From positions 9,701 through 73,700 of the forward strand of contig JAISJR010000006.1 in NCBI GenBank assembly GCA_031261425.1: a stretch of 64,000 nucleotides of DNA, read 5' to 3'. The stretch comes from Planctomycetota bacterium. Its GTDB lineage: Bacteria; Planctomycetota; SZUA-567. Of this stretch, positions 48,659 through 58,736 are shown piece by piece. The position numbers and the translations under genes are program-made. A model generated the notes under the pieces. That model was not told where the DNA came from and did no database searches. It worked only from the letters and a program-made list of their open reading frames with translations. Numbering within the stretch: the first letter of the stretch is position 1; each line of letters starts with the position of its first letter.

Positions 48659-50050
48659 TCACGGCTCATAAATTTCCAACAGCAAGCATCCCACCGCGGT
48701 GGCGCCGACTTTGCCGAGCGCCGTCTCGAACAGCGGCGCGCCGGCGTTCGGCGACCACGCGCCGCGATAAAAACCGCCGTCGCTTTGCGCGTGGACGGTC
48801 GCCGCTTCCAACGGTTTTTTCAGCGCGTCCCAGTATTTGCCGCCCGCCGCGAACATTCCCGCCGCCAAGCCATACCAGCCGATGAAACTTTCGTCCGCGT
48901 TCGCCTCGCCGGGCAACCATTGTTTGGCGATAAATTCTTCGGCGAGTCCGCGCCACTCGCTACTTTCCAACGCGACCAAACCGGCGAGCGCCAGCGCCGA
49001 CGCGGCGCGGTCGGGCGCGCCGTTGGCGAACGCGACGTAGAGTTGCGCGTTATCTTTTTCGGGGCGCAACGCGCCGCGCCAATAACCGGCGGCGTAATCC
49101 AACACGCGGCGGTCAAAACCCGCGCCGGCGCGCGCCGCCGCCGCCCGCGCCGCCGTCAAGGCGCCGACCCACAAACCGGTGGTAAGCGCGTCCGCCGTTT
49201 TGTCGCCGTTTTTTTCGCTCCAACCGCCGCTGTTTAATTGCGTTTTCCGCCCGAGGTCGAGGAGTTCTTGCAAGCGCGCGCCGAGCGCGTCGTCGTTTTG
49301 CCGGCGCGCTTCGGCGAACGTCCACGCCGTCAACGCCAATTCGCGTGGCGGCAAATTGTGCAAGGCGTCGCCTTGTCTCAGCAGGAAGTTTTGCGCCGCC
49401 GCCGCCGCCGCGCGATAGTCCGCGCCGCCGCCGAGCAACGCGCGCCACGCGAGCGCCGTCGCCGTAAGGTCGTTGCCGCGTCCGGCGTATTTATAAGTGT
49501 TCCAACCGCCGTCGTCTTCCTGCGTTTTCGCCAACCACGCCAAACCGTTCGCGAGGGCTTGCGCGCCGCGCGCCGTGCCGCCGCGTTTTTGGCGCTCGGA
49601 CTCCGCGCGCGAATTCTCGCGGCTCGGTAAAATCAGCGTCGGCGTCAGCGATTCGCCGCCGCCGCGCGTTCCGATCGCAAGCGGTTCCGCCCAATCCCAG
49701 CCGGCGTCGTCCGCCGCCGGCGCGTCAAGGTCCAACAGCGGCGCCATCAGCGGTTCCGTTTTCGCCGGCGCATCGTCCGCGTCCGGGTCGGCGATAAAAT
49801 CCTTTAACGAGGCGGCGGCTTCGGTTTCCGGCAACGATTCTTCGAGCGGAATTTGCGGGTCGATATGAATGACGTGGCGCACGAAAGCGCGGGTTTCCGG
49901 CAAAAACGCGATAAGAAACATCAGCGCTAAAAAATGCAACGCCAGCGAGCCGCAATACCACGGCGCGGCGTGCAGTTGGCGTTTGACGAAACCGAACCAA
50001 TTGCCTTCGGCTAATTGACGGTAACACTCGACGATGCGGACGTCGGACAT
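48659..50050 (-). CDS. Membrane-anchored protein with prenyltransferase/squalene-cyclase-like alpha-alpha-toroid repeats
   Basis: N-terminal TM; repeated 'GGW' aromatic repeat motifs. Confidence 0.55.
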   Translation of the reverse strand: MSDVRIVECYRQLAEGNWFGFVKRQLHAAPWYCGSLALHFLALMFLIAFLPETRAFVRHVIHIDPQIPLEESLPETEAAASLKDFIADPDADDAPAKTEPLMAPLLDLDAPAADDAGWDWAEPLAIGTRGGGESLTPTLILPSRENSRAESERQKRGGTARGAQALANGLAWLAKTQEDDGGWNTYKYAGRGNDLTATALAWRALLGGGADYRAAAAAAQNFLLRQGDALHNLPPRELALTAWTFAEARRQNDDALGARLQELLDLGRKTQLNSGGWSEKNGDKTADALTTGLWVGALTAARAAAARAGAGFDRRVLDYAAGYWRGALRPEKDNAQLYVAFANGAPDRAASALALAGLVALESSEWRGLAEEFIAKQWLPGEANADESFIGWYGLAAGMFAAGGKYWDALKKPLEAATVHAQSDGGFYRGAWSPNAGAPLFETALGKVGATAVGCLLLEIYEP

Positions 50051-50065
50051 TTTTGTTTCCTGACG

Positions 50066-50222
50066 AAAATTTAGAGTTGAGAGTTTAGAGTTCAGAGTTT
50101 AGAGTTTAGAGTTGAAAGTTGAGAGGTAAAAGGTAAAAGGTAAAAGGGAAAAAATAAGAGGCAAAAGAAATTGTCATCTCAACTCTCAACTCTTAACTCT
50201 AAACTCTCAACTCTCAAAAAAA
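50066..50222. repeat. R1 heptamer-array palindrome with A-rich variable core
   Basis: Left arms x6, core '(aggtaaa)3 gggaaaaaataagaggcaaaagaaattgtcat', right arms x6. Confidence 0.85.
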
Positions 50223-51533
50223 ATGTCATTGCCGGTGCAGATACTAACTTTCGGTTGTCAGATGAACAAACTCGATTCCGAGTTGATGACCGAGGCGTTG
50301 TGCGCGGCGGGCTATGAAATCGTCGCCGACGAAGCCCTCGCCGCCGCGATTATTTTCAACACTTGCGCCGTGCGCGAACACGCCGAGGAGCGCGTGCTTC
50401 AGCGCGTCCGCCAACTCAAAAATAAACGCGCCGTCGTCGTCATCGCCGGTTGCGCGGCGGAGCGGCTCGGCAAAACCATTTTCGCCAAACTGCCGCAAGT
50501 CCGCGTCGTGTGCGGCACCCGCTATTTTCCCGACATCGCCGACTTGCTCGCCCGCGCTTTCGCCGGCGAGCGTCTCGCCGCGATTGGCGACGGTCAACTC
50601 GCCGCCGCGGGCGCGTTCGCCGCGCATTCGCGCCCGCGTCATCACGGCATCAAGGGCTTCGTGTCGGTGATGCGCGGTTGCGATAATTTTTGCGCGTATT
50701 GCATCGTGCCCTACGTGCGCGGACGGGAAGAGAGCCGTCCGGCGGCGGCAATCGTCCGCGAAACCGCCGCGCTCGCCGAGCGCGGCGCGATTGAAATCAC
50801 GCTCCTCGGACAAAACATCGACGCTTACGGCAAAGGACAAAATTCGTCGTTCGCGGCATTGTTGGCGCAACTTGACGACGAAATTTCGCCCCGCGTCAAA
50901 CGCTTCCGTTTTGTAACGAGTCATCCGCGCGACCTCACCGAAAAGTTGGCGCGAACGATTGCCGACCGTCCGCGCTTGGCGGCGCATTTGCATATGCCGG
51001 CGCAGTCCGGCTCCAATCAAATTTTGGCGAAAATGAAACGCGGCTACACGCGCGAAATTTACGACGAGCGGTTGCGGATGATTGCCGACGTTTTGCCGGA
51101 GGCGTCGGTGGTCAGCGATTTTATCGTCGGCTTCCCCGGCGAAACGGCAGACGATTTTGCCGCGACGGTAGCCCTCGTTGAACAAGCGCGTTTTCAGACC
51201 GCCTACGTTTTCAAATACTCGCCGCGCCCCGGCACGTGGTCGGCGGAAAATCTGCCGGACGACGTTCCGCTCGCGGTGAAAAAAGAGCGCAATTTGCGTC
51301 TGTTAAAAGTTCAGGAGGTCGTCAGCCGCGAGCGGCACGCGGCGTTAATCGGGCGCGAAGTCGAGGTCTTGGTCGAGGGCTTATCGACCACCGACGCGAC
51401 GAAAATGAGCGGGCGGACGAGCAATAATCTGAACGTCGTTTTTCCGCTGACGGCGGGCGTCGCCGCGGGCGATTGGGCAAAAGTTAAGGTTACCGGCAGT
51501 TCGCCGCTAACGCTCAAAGGAGAGAGAGTTTAG
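50223..51533 (+). CDS. miaB: tRNA-2-methylthio-N6-dimethylallyladenosine synthase (radical SAM MTTase)
   Basis: UPF0004 N-domain Cys triad and 'CDNFCAYC' radical-SAM motif, TRAM C-terminus. Confidence 0.9.
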   Translation: MSLPVQILTFGCQMNKLDSELMTEALCAAGYEIVADEALAAAIIFNTCAVREHAEERVLQRVRQLKNKRAVVVIAGCAAERLGKTIFAKLPQVRVVCGTRYFPDIADLLARAFAGERLAAIGDGQLAAAGAFAAHSRPRHHGIKGFVSVMRGCDNFCAYCIVPYVRGREESRPAAAIVRETAALAERGAIEITLLGQNIDAYGKGQNSSFAALLAQLDDEISPRVKRFRFVTSHPRDLTEKLARTIADRPRLAAHLHMPAQSGSNQILAKMKRGYTREIYDERLRMIADVLPEASVVSDFIVGFPGETADDFAATVALVEQARFQTAYVFKYSPRPGTWSAENLPDDVPLAVKKERNLRLLKVQEVVSRERHAALIGREVEVLVEGLSTTDATKMSGRTSNNLNVVFPLTAGVAAGDWAKVKVTGSSPLTLKGERV

Positions 51534-51628
51534 AGTTTAGAGTTGAGAGTTGAGAGAGTGGAGTTTTATTTTTAAGATGCGCGAAGCGCAACCTCTGCTC
51601 AACTCTAAACTCTCAACTCTAAACTCTG
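51525..51628. repeat. R1 heptamer-array palindrome (canonical core), overlaps the miaB 3' end
   Basis: 'gagagtttagagtttagagttgagagttgagagagtggagttttatttttaagatgcgcgaagcgcaacctctgctcaactctaaactct...'. Confidence 0.85.
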
Positions 51629-51637
51629 AAAAAAAGA

Positions 51638-52413
51638 TGTATCACTTCCTCGACTGCGGCGACCGGCGGCGGTTAGAAAATTTCGGCGGCGTCATTTGCG
51701 ACCGTCCCGCGCCGACGGCGACCGGCGCGCGGCGCGCGCCGGAACTTTGGCGACAGGCGACGCTGATTTACGACGGCGAGAAATGGCGCGGCGCGCCGCC
51801 GCCCGTTTGGCAATTTGCGGACGATGCCGCGCCGACGCGGTTACAATTATATTTGGGCGCGCGGGGGCAAGTCGGATTTTTCCCGGAACAAATTGCCAAT
51901 TGGCGGTGGTTGGCAGAAATCGTCGCGCCCAACGCCGGAATGAAAGTGTTAAATTTATTCGCGCACACCGGCGGCGCGACGTTGGTCTGCGCGGCGGCGG
52001 GCGCGGCGGTTTGCCACGTGGACGCGGCGGGCGCGGCGGTCAAACAAGCGCGGCGCAACGCCGCGCTTTCGGGCTTGGGGGACGCGCCAATTCGCTGGCT
52101 CGTTGACGACGCCTGCCAATTTTTACGGCGCGAAATTAAGCGCGGCAATTTTTACGACGGCATAATTCTCGACCCGCCGGCGTTCGGGCGTTGCGGCAAA
52201 ACGCTGTGGAAATTATCGCGCGATTTGCCGGAGTTGTTGCGCCTCGTCGCGCGCGCGTTGTCGCCGGCGGCAAAATTGGTGCTGTTCACCTGCCACGCGC
52301 CGGACTGGTCGGACGACCTTTCAGCGTATTTTCCGGCGGCGAAAATCGCAACGACGCCGCTAACCGCCGGCGGGAGATTGCCGCTCGGTCAAGCGCGGCG
52401 GATTACCTTTTGA
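51638..52413 (+). CDS. Class I SAM-dependent methyltransferase (RlmI/RlmK-like)
   Basis: 'VLNLFAHTGGATL' and 'ILDPPAFG' motifs. Confidence 0.7.
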
Positions 52414-52414
52414 A

Positions 52415-52500
52415 GAGCAATTAACAATTAAAAATTCACAATTAACAATTTGTGAAATAATTGTCGGAGTTACGCGAAGCGATTTTGATAATCAATCCAC
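52415..52500. repeat. R2 left half, interrupted by R5 copy B
   Basis: 'caattaacaattaaaaattcacaattaacaatttgtgaaataattgtcggagttacgcgaagcgattttgataatc'. Confidence 0.7.
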
Positions 52501-52696
52501 TTAAATTCCCCTCTACGGAGGGCTGGGGCGGACTATCCGCTGGCAGTCCGGCGCGGTTTGCCGGACTGACGGGGTGGTTGCTCGCGTTATCCCGGATTTC
52601 GCAACGCGATTTTTGGGTATAACAGCAACCACCCCGTCATCGCGACGATACTACTGTCGCGATGCCACCCATCCGTAGAGGGGAATTAAGCGGAGA
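52501..52696. repeat. R5 structured element copy B
   Basis: Same nested TIR architecture as copy A; shares the 'cagtccggcgcggtttgccggactg' hairpin with copy C; right end 'ggggaattaagcggag'. Confidence 0.8.
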
Positions 52697-52726
52697 TTAT
52701 TCAGGTCTATTGTATAGGAGAAAAAT

Positions 52727-53767
52727 ATGTCCCTCGCCGCCGCGCTCACCGCGCCTGCCGACCGGAAAATGCTCGGCATTTTGCAAAAAATCACGCCGCT
52801 CGGCTGGGCGGCGAAAGAAATCACCCGCCGCCGTTATGAAAAATTTGCGCGTTTGGCGCTCATCGGCGCCGGCGGCGCGGTTACCCGCGCCACCCTGCCG
52901 CGCTTGTGGCAATTGGCGAACGGCGTCGCGGAAAAACTCGAAGTCGTTTGTCCCGAAATCTATATCGCCGACGCGCCGACCGTCGCCGCCAAAATCATCG
53001 GCGAAGAACAGCCGCTTTTAATGTTGCAGCGCGGGGCGCTCGCGCTGGACGAAAAAATGATGACCGTGTTATTGGCGCACGCGCTGACCGCGCTCGTCTG
53101 CGGGCATCCGCCGTATTTGGCGACGCGCGATTTGACGGCGGCGGCGGCGGATAATTTGGGCTTGTTCAAAGGCGCGACGGCATTGCCGCGGATGTTGTTG
53201 GAAGAATGGTTTTACGCCGCCGAAATGTCCGGCGACCGCGGCGCGTTATGGGTAACCGGCGACGTGGATTTAGTGCTGGAATTTTTGGGACCGCCGTCGG
53301 CGTGGGGCAAAATTCCGGCGAGCGAGTTAATCGCGCAGGGCGAGCGTTATTTGACCGCGTATCGCGAAACGCCGGCGTGTCCGCTGTTTCGCACGTGGTC
53401 GAATTTGTATTTCAATTTGCCGCGCTACGGTTTGCGGGCGGCGGAAATTAAAAAATGGGCGGACAGCGCCGAATACGCCCAATTGCGCGGCGACGAAAAA
53501 ACGGCGGCGGAGCCGGTTTATTGGGGCGCGTTTGCCGGCGATTTATCGGAAATGGAACTCGCGGCGGGCGGAGAAAATGATTTATGGTCGGAGACGCCGG
53601 ACGACCTGCGCTCGGCTGGCGACTCGCGCTCGGCTACCGACTTGCGGTCGGCTACCGACTATTTTGACGCACTCAAAAATGAAGCGCAACACCTCGCCGC
53701 CGCCGCCGCCGACTTCGCCAAAACCGGCGCCGGGGCGGTGAGTATGTGGCTGAGGAAAGCCAATTAA
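52727..53767 (+). CDS. Hypothetical protein
   Basis: 346-aa ORF with coding-like composition; no recognisable motif. Confidence 0.5.
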   Translation: MSLAAALTAPADRKMLGILQKITPLGWAAKEITRRRYEKFARLALIGAGGAVTRATLPRLWQLANGVAEKLEVVCPEIYIADAPTVAAKIIGEEQPLLMLQRGALALDEKMMTVLLAHALTALVCGHPPYLATRDLTAAAADNLGLFKGATALPRMLLEEWFYAAEMSGDRGALWVTGDVDLVLEFLGPPSAWGKIPASELIAQGERYLTAYRETPACPLFRTWSNLYFNLPRYGLRAAEIKKWADSAEYAQLRGDEKTAAEPVYWGAFAGDLSEMELAAGGENDLWSETPDDLRSAGDSRSATDLRSATDYFDALKNEAQHLAAAAADFAKTGAGAVSMWLRKAN

Positions 53768-53886
53768 CAATTGACAATTAACAATTAACAATTAAGAAAT
53801 TTGATTATCAGATTTACCGTGCGCCATTTTGACAATCTACTCCTCAATTGTTAATTGTTAATTGTCAATTGTTAATTGTAATTGCC
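53763..53886. repeat. R2-type AT-rich palindrome
   Basis: 'caattaacaattgacaattaacaattaacaattaag...ctcaattgttaattgttaattgtcaattgttaattgtaattg'. Confidence 0.8.
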
Positions 53887-53887
53887 G

Positions 53888-54778
53888 TTACGCCCGCGGG
53901 TGGAAATCGTGGTAAGTGTCGAATTTGCGGCGGTCGTGGACGTGAGTGTAAATTTCCGTCGTCGCCAAATCGACGTGTCCCAACATTTCCTGCACCGCGC
54001 GCAAATTCGCGCCGCCGGCGAGCAGGTGCGTCGCGAAACTGTGGCGCAATAAATGCGGATAGACCTTCTTCGCAATGCCGGCGCGTTTGGCGCCGGCGCG
54101 CACGATTTCATAGAGATTTTCCCGGCACATTTTTTTGCCGCGGCACGACAAAAAGGCGAACGGTTGTTGATGAAACCGGTCTAATTTCGGGCGGACGTTT
54201 TGCAAATAATTTTCTAACGCCGCCGCCGCCGGCTCGCCGAACGGCGCGACGCGGTCTTTCGTTCCCTTGCCGCGCAAGCGCAACGTCCGCGCCGGCAAGT
54301 CAATCATCCGCAAGCGCAAATCGCAAATTTCCGAGACGCGCGCCCCGCTGGCGTAAAACATTTCCAACATCGCGCGATTGCGAATCGCCAAATCACCCGT
54401 TGCTTCTCCGGCAACGCGCAACATTTTTTCGATTTCGGCGGGCGACAATTCGTCCGGCAAATAGCGGTCAAGTTTCGGCTGGTCGAGATGGTCGCAGGGA
54501 TTGTCGGGGCGGATTTTTTCGGTCAGACAAAACTTGAAAAATTGCCGCACGGTAACCAGATGCCGCGCGCGGCTGGCGGGCGCCAAACCGCGGTCGGCGA
54601 GATAGCCCGCGAAAGCGACGACATCCTCGGCAGTAATCGCGGCGATTTCGGCGCGCGCGCACTCCGCCATATAAGCGGAAAAATCCGCCAAATCGCGCTC
54701 ATACGCCTGCAACGTATTCTTCGCCAAGCCGCATTCAACCTGTAGATGCAATAGAAAATCCTTGCCGTGCGGGAGCAT
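53888..54778 (-). CDS. xerD: Tyrosine site-specific recombinase XerD/XerC
   Basis: N-terminal 'FLLHLQVECGLAKNTLQAYERDL'; catalytic 'HLLRHSFATHLL...GH...TEIYTHV' with RHRY residues. Confidence 0.85.
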   Translation of the reverse strand: MLPHGKDFLLHLQVECGLAKNTLQAYERDLADFSAYMAECARAEIAAITAEDVVAFAGYLADRGLAPASRARHLVTVRQFFKFCLTEKIRPDNPCDHLDQPKLDRYLPDELSPAEIEKMLRVAGEATGDLAIRNRAMLEMFYASGARVSEICDLRLRMIDLPARTLRLRGKGTKDRVAPFGEPAAAALENYLQNVRPKLDRFHQQPFAFLSCRGKKMCRENLYEIVRAGAKRAGIAKKVYPHLLRHSFATHLLAGGANLRAVQEMLGHVDLATTEIYTHVHDRRKFDTYHDFHPRA

Positions 54779-54824
54779 TGGAGGAGCCGTTTTTAAGGGA
54801 ATTAAAAATTACGAAAATGAGGAA

Positions 54825-55066
54825 CTCACGTTACGCGCAAAAAAAAAAGAGAAGCCACGAATGAACACGAAAAGAACTTAACACGAATTAACACGAATTA
54901 GACGAATTAACCCGAAACCGAGCGAAACGAAGGTTAGTGGGCTTTCCAAATTTTTTGTCCGTTTTCCGGCTCTTTAATTTCGTGTAATTCGTGTAATTCG
55001 TGGACAAAAAATCTCTTTTTTTTATTCGTAAAAATTCGCGTCTTTTCGTTGACCGCGTAACATCAG
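54825..55066. mobile_element. R4 MITE copy 3 (242 bp) with 7-bp TSD TGAGGAA
   Basis: 'ctcacgttacgcgc...gcgtaacatcag' flanked by 'tgaggaa' at 54818-54824 and 55067-55073. Confidence 0.8.
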
Positions 55067-55081
55067 TGAGGAATAAGGACT

Positions 55082-56965
55082 TTACGCCCCCGCCACCAAT
55101 TTCGCGGCGCGTTGCAGAAACGCCGCCGGGTCTTTGATTTTGCCGCCGGACGCAATCACCGCGCCGTCGAAGAGCAAGCGCAAATCCTCCGTCGCCGCGT
55201 TTTTGTCCGCCGTTAATTTCGACCGCAACGCCGCGATTGCCGCGTGGTCGGGGTTGATTTCCAGCACCAATTTCCGCTCCGGCGCCGCCTGCCCCAACTC
55301 GCGCAACAGCCGCTCCATCTGCGCCCCGATTTGCCCCTCTTCGCCGATTAAACAAAGCGGACTCGATTTCAGCCGCGCCGACAGGCGCGTTTCGGCGATT
55401 TCGTCGCCTAACGTTTCTTTGATGAACGCCAATAAATCCTTGTTGTCTTTTTCGCGCTGTTCTTTTTCCGCCGCCGGCGTTTCGTCTTTCGCCGCGAGTT
55501 CGCCGCGGTCAATCGCTTTCAACTTTTTGCCTTGGTATTCCGGCGCCGCCGCGACGACCGTTTCATCGACCGGGTCGGTCATAATCAGCACTTCGTAACC
55601 GCGCTCGCGGAAATACTCCATATACGGCGAATTTTCGACCATCGCGCGATTTTCGGCAATCATATAGTAGATTTCTTCCTGCCCCGCCGGCATCGCTGCG
55701 ACATATTGCGCCAGCGTTACGTTTTCCCCGCCCGCGCGCGTGGACGGATACAGCAATAAATCAAGAAGCGACTCGCGATTTTCAAAGTCGCCCATCAAGC
55801 CGGATTTCAACATCACGCCGAATTGCGCCCAAAATTTAAGATACGTTTCGTTTTCTTTTTCCAACATTTCCTTGAACGTGGCGAAGAGGCGCGAAACGAG
55901 CGCCTTGCGAATTTTGTGCAGTTGCCGGTCTTCCTGCAACATTTCGCGCGAGACGTTGAGCGGCAAATCGGAACTGTCCACCACGCCGCGCACGAACGCA
56001 AAATACGGCGGCAACAGTTTGTCGCACTCTTCGGTGATGAACACGCGGTTGACGTAGAGTTGCAAGCCGTGGCGCTGTTCGCGCATAAAAAAGTCGGACG
56101 GGCGGCGCGCCGGAATAAACATCAGCGCCTTAAATTCCTGCGCGCCCTCGGCGGCGAAAGGAATCGTTTTCAACGGCGCGTCGAAATCGTGCGAAATGTG
56201 CTTGTAAAATTCGGCGTATTCCTCGTCTTTGACCTCGCTTTTGGCGCGAAGCCAAATCGCCTGCCGCGAGTTGACGATGTCTTCCTTGTGTTCGATTTCG
56301 TCGGTTTCCTTGCCGTCTTTATCGCGCTTTTTTTCGTCGGTAACGAGGACGACGGGATACTCGATAAAGTCGGAAAATTTTTGCACCAGCGAGCGTAAGC
56401 GCCACGTTTCGGCGAACTCGCTTTCGTCGTCGCGCAAGTGCAAAATGATGGTCGTGCCGCGTTTGTCGCGTTCCGCCGCCTCAATGGTGAAACTGTCTTC
56501 GCCGGAAGAAGTCCATTTCGTCGCCGCGGTTTGGCGCGGCGCGCGCGTGATAACTTCGACCTTATCGGCGACCATAAACGCCGAATAAAAACCGACGCCG
56601 AACTGCCCGATTAAGTCAACGTTTTCGGACTTCGCCTGTTTCATTTTTTCGAGGAATGCTTTGGTGCCGGAGCGGGCGATGGTGCCGAGGTCGTTGATGA
56701 GCGTTTCGCGACTCATGCCGCAACCGTTGTCGCTAATGGTGAGCGTTTTCGCCGCCGCGTCGGGAATGATTTTAATTTGAAAATCGGCGTCGCCCTCGGC
56801 GAGTTCGGCGTCGGTGAGCGCGTCGAAGCGGATTTTGCCGATGGCGTCGGCGGCGTTGGAGATGAGTTCGCGCAAGAAAATTTCTTTGTGCGAATAGAGC
56901 GAGTGGACGATGATTTCCATCACTTGTTTGAGTTCGGCTTTGAATTCCATTTTTTCGGCGGACAT
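55082..56965 (-). CDS. htpG: Molecular chaperone HtpG (Hsp90)
   Basis: 'IIVHSLYSHKEIFLRELISNAADA' GHKL ATPase N-domain and full-length Hsp90 similarity. Confidence 0.95.
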   Translation of the reverse strand: MSAEKMEFKAELKQVMEIIVHSLYSHKEIFLRELISNAADAIGKIRFDALTDAELAEGDADFQIKIIPDAAAKTLTISDNGCGMSRETLINDLGTIARSGTKAFLEKMKQAKSENVDLIGQFGVGFYSAFMVADKVEVITRAPRQTAATKWTSSGEDSFTIEAAERDKRGTTIILHLRDDESEFAETWRLRSLVQKFSDFIEYPVVLVTDEKKRDKDGKETDEIEHKEDIVNSRQAIWLRAKSEVKDEEYAEFYKHISHDFDAPLKTIPFAAEGAQEFKALMFIPARRPSDFFMREQRHGLQLYVNRVFITEECDKLLPPYFAFVRGVVDSSDLPLNVSREMLQEDRQLHKIRKALVSRLFATFKEMLEKENETYLKFWAQFGVMLKSGLMGDFENRESLLDLLLYPSTRAGGENVTLAQYVAAMPAGQEEIYYMIAENRAMVENSPYMEYFRERGYEVLIMTDPVDETVVAAAPEYQGKKLKAIDRGELAAKDETPAAEKEQREKDNKDLLAFIKETLGDEIAETRLSARLKSSPLCLIGEEGQIGAQMERLLRELGQAAPERKLVLEINPDHAAIAALRSKLTADKNAATEDLRLLFDGAVIASGGKIKDPAAFLQRAAKLVAGA

Positions 56966-57197
56966 AATTTTTCCCTCCTGTGATAAGATGACGGTCGCCG
57001 CGCATAAACAATCTTTGTGCCAAAAGCGGACGGGCGTTTTTTCGCGGGAAATCGCGGCGGAAGGCGCGACGGGAGGCGGTCAAAATGACCGGCGCGGACG
57101 GGCGAGAGCGTCCATATTGAGAACGCGAAAACGGCGAGCCGGCGCATAATTTAATCAACTTTTCAACCGCCGGCGAACGATAAACAGAACTACTCTT

Positions 57198-57370
57198 ATT
57201 CCCCTCTATGGAGGGGTGGCAGTCCGGCGCGGTTTGCCGGACTGACGGGGTGGTTGACGATTATACCCCAGAATCGCGCTATGGAATTTGGGGCAACGCG
57301 AAAAACCACCCCGTCAATCGGCGGCTTAACCGCCGATTGCCACCCCTCCGTAGAGGGGAATTAAGCGGAG
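57198..57370. repeat. R5 structured element copy C
   Basis: 'attcccctctatggaggggtggc...gccacccctccgtagaggggaattaagcggag' with inner 'tgacggggtggtt/aaccaccccgtca'. Confidence 0.8.
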
Positions 57371-57399
57371 GTTATTCAACTCAAATAAGGAACCCCCCG

Positions 57400-57885
57400 A
57401 TGAAAACTTGGTTTTTACTTGCGTTGGCAGTGGTGTTGACCGGTTGCGGCGGGTCGATTTTGAGCCAATTCGCCGGCGAGTGGGGGCAATTCTCGGACGA
57501 CCGCAACGACGTTACGGCGATTCGCGCCGGTATGCGCACGACCGACATTTTGCCGAAAATCGGCAAGCCGGAAAAAATCGAAGCCGGCGAAAACATCTAT
57601 GCCGGCTGGCAGGAATGGATTTATCCGACCGGCAGTTTGTTGGTTTATCGCGGGGAAGTGAAGCAGGTCTTCGCCGAGACGCGCGACGCCGACACAATGG
57701 CGAAATTGGCGAAAGCCAACGCCAAGGGCTTTGACCTCGGCTTTGAGAGCGACAAAAAAGAAAACAAAAAGACCAAAGAAGAAGAACTCGCCGAACAAGA
57801 AAAAATGATGTGGGGCGTCAATGAAAAAACGAAAAACAATAAATATCGCGAACTCGACCGCGACGGATTTAGCGCGGTGAAATAA
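57400..57885 (+). CDS. Lipoprotein (possibly BamE/SmpA-OmlA-like)
   Basis: 'MKTWFLLALAVVLTGCGG' lipobox; the earlier ATG at 57208 lies inside R5 copy C. Confidence 0.55.
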   Translation: MKTWFLLALAVVLTGCGGSILSQFAGEWGQFSDDRNDVTAIRAGMRTTDILPKIGKPEKIEAGENIYAGWQEWIYPTGSLLVYRGEVKQVFAETRDADTMAKLAKANAKGFDLGFESDKKENKKTKEEELAEQEKMMWGVNEKTKNNKYRELDRDGFSAVK

Positions 57886-57886
57886 G

Positions 57887-57987
57887 AGTTAAAAGTTGAG
57901 AGTTGAGAGTTGAGCGGAGGTTGCGCTTCGCGCATTTTTAAGATAACTCCACCGCTAAACTCTAATCTCTTAACTCTAAACTCTGCT
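57887..57987. repeat. R1 heptamer-array palindrome (canonical core)
   Basis: 'agagttaaaagttgagagttgagagttgagcggaggttgcgcttcgcgcatttttaagataactccaccgctaaactctaatctcttaactctaaactct'. Confidence 0.85.
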
Positions 57988-57998
57988 CACGAATCACT

Positions 57999-58610
57999 AT
58001 GCAAAAATTCGACATCAAAAAAATCCTGCTGACGGTGCTTGCGGGCATCTCTTTGCCGCAGGTGCGGCGGCTGATTTTTTTGATCTTCGGCATCGCGATT
58101 GCGGCGATTATCACGACGATGGCGGTGGTGCTGATTGCGGAGTGGGAGGACGAAGACACGACGGCGCTCGGCAAAGAACGGTTGCAGACGCTTTACGCGG
58201 CGGTGAAGAAATTTCAGTCCGAAGAATACTTCGCGCGTCCGCCGAAAAATTTAACCGAATTGTTGGATTTGCCGCCACGCGCGGCGCGCGAGCCGGAAGT
58301 CGTCCCGCTACTCGCGGACGCCGCCGCCTTGCGCCTGCCGCGCGCGGCTTCCGCCGCCGACGAGTCCGATTTTTGGCTCGTGCCGTATTACGATTTTTCG
58401 CTCCCCGCCAACGCGATTATTTTGTTAGACCGTCCGGGAAATTACGCGCGCGGCGGACACCTCGTGTTCAACGACGGCACGCTGATTTTTTTGAGCGCGT
58501 CCGCCGCCGATTACCGGCGTTTCGCGCAGGCGGTAATGGAGCGCCGCGACCGCGATTTTGTGCGGGCGCAATCCGCCGGTTGCTCTATCGTCGGTTTCAA
58601 GAGCAATTAA
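57999..58610 (+). CDS. Hypothetical membrane-anchored protein
   Basis: N-terminal TM helix, coding-like composition. Confidence 0.5.
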   Translation: MQKFDIKKILLTVLAGISLPQVRRLIFLIFGIAIAAIITTMAVVLIAEWEDEDTTALGKERLQTLYAAVKKFQSEEYFARPPKNLTELLDLPPRAAREPEVVPLLADAAALRLPRAASAADESDFWLVPYYDFSLPANAIILLDRPGNYARGGHLVFNDGTLIFLSASAADYRRFAQAVMERRDRDFVRAQSAGCSIVGFKSN

Positions 58611-58736
58611 CAATTTACAATTTACAATTAACAATGGTGGAGTTTTTATTGGCAAATCCGCAAGCGCTCGCGAAGCGAATCTTTGACCATAAAACTCCGC
58701 AATTGTTAATTGTTAATTGTGAATTGTGAATTGTTC
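58604..58736. repeat. R2 element
   Basis: 'caattaacaatttacaatttacaattaacaatggtggagtttttattggcaaatccgcaagcgctcgcgaagcgaatctttgaccataaaactccgcaattgttaattgttaattgtgaattgtgaattg'. Confidence 0.8.
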
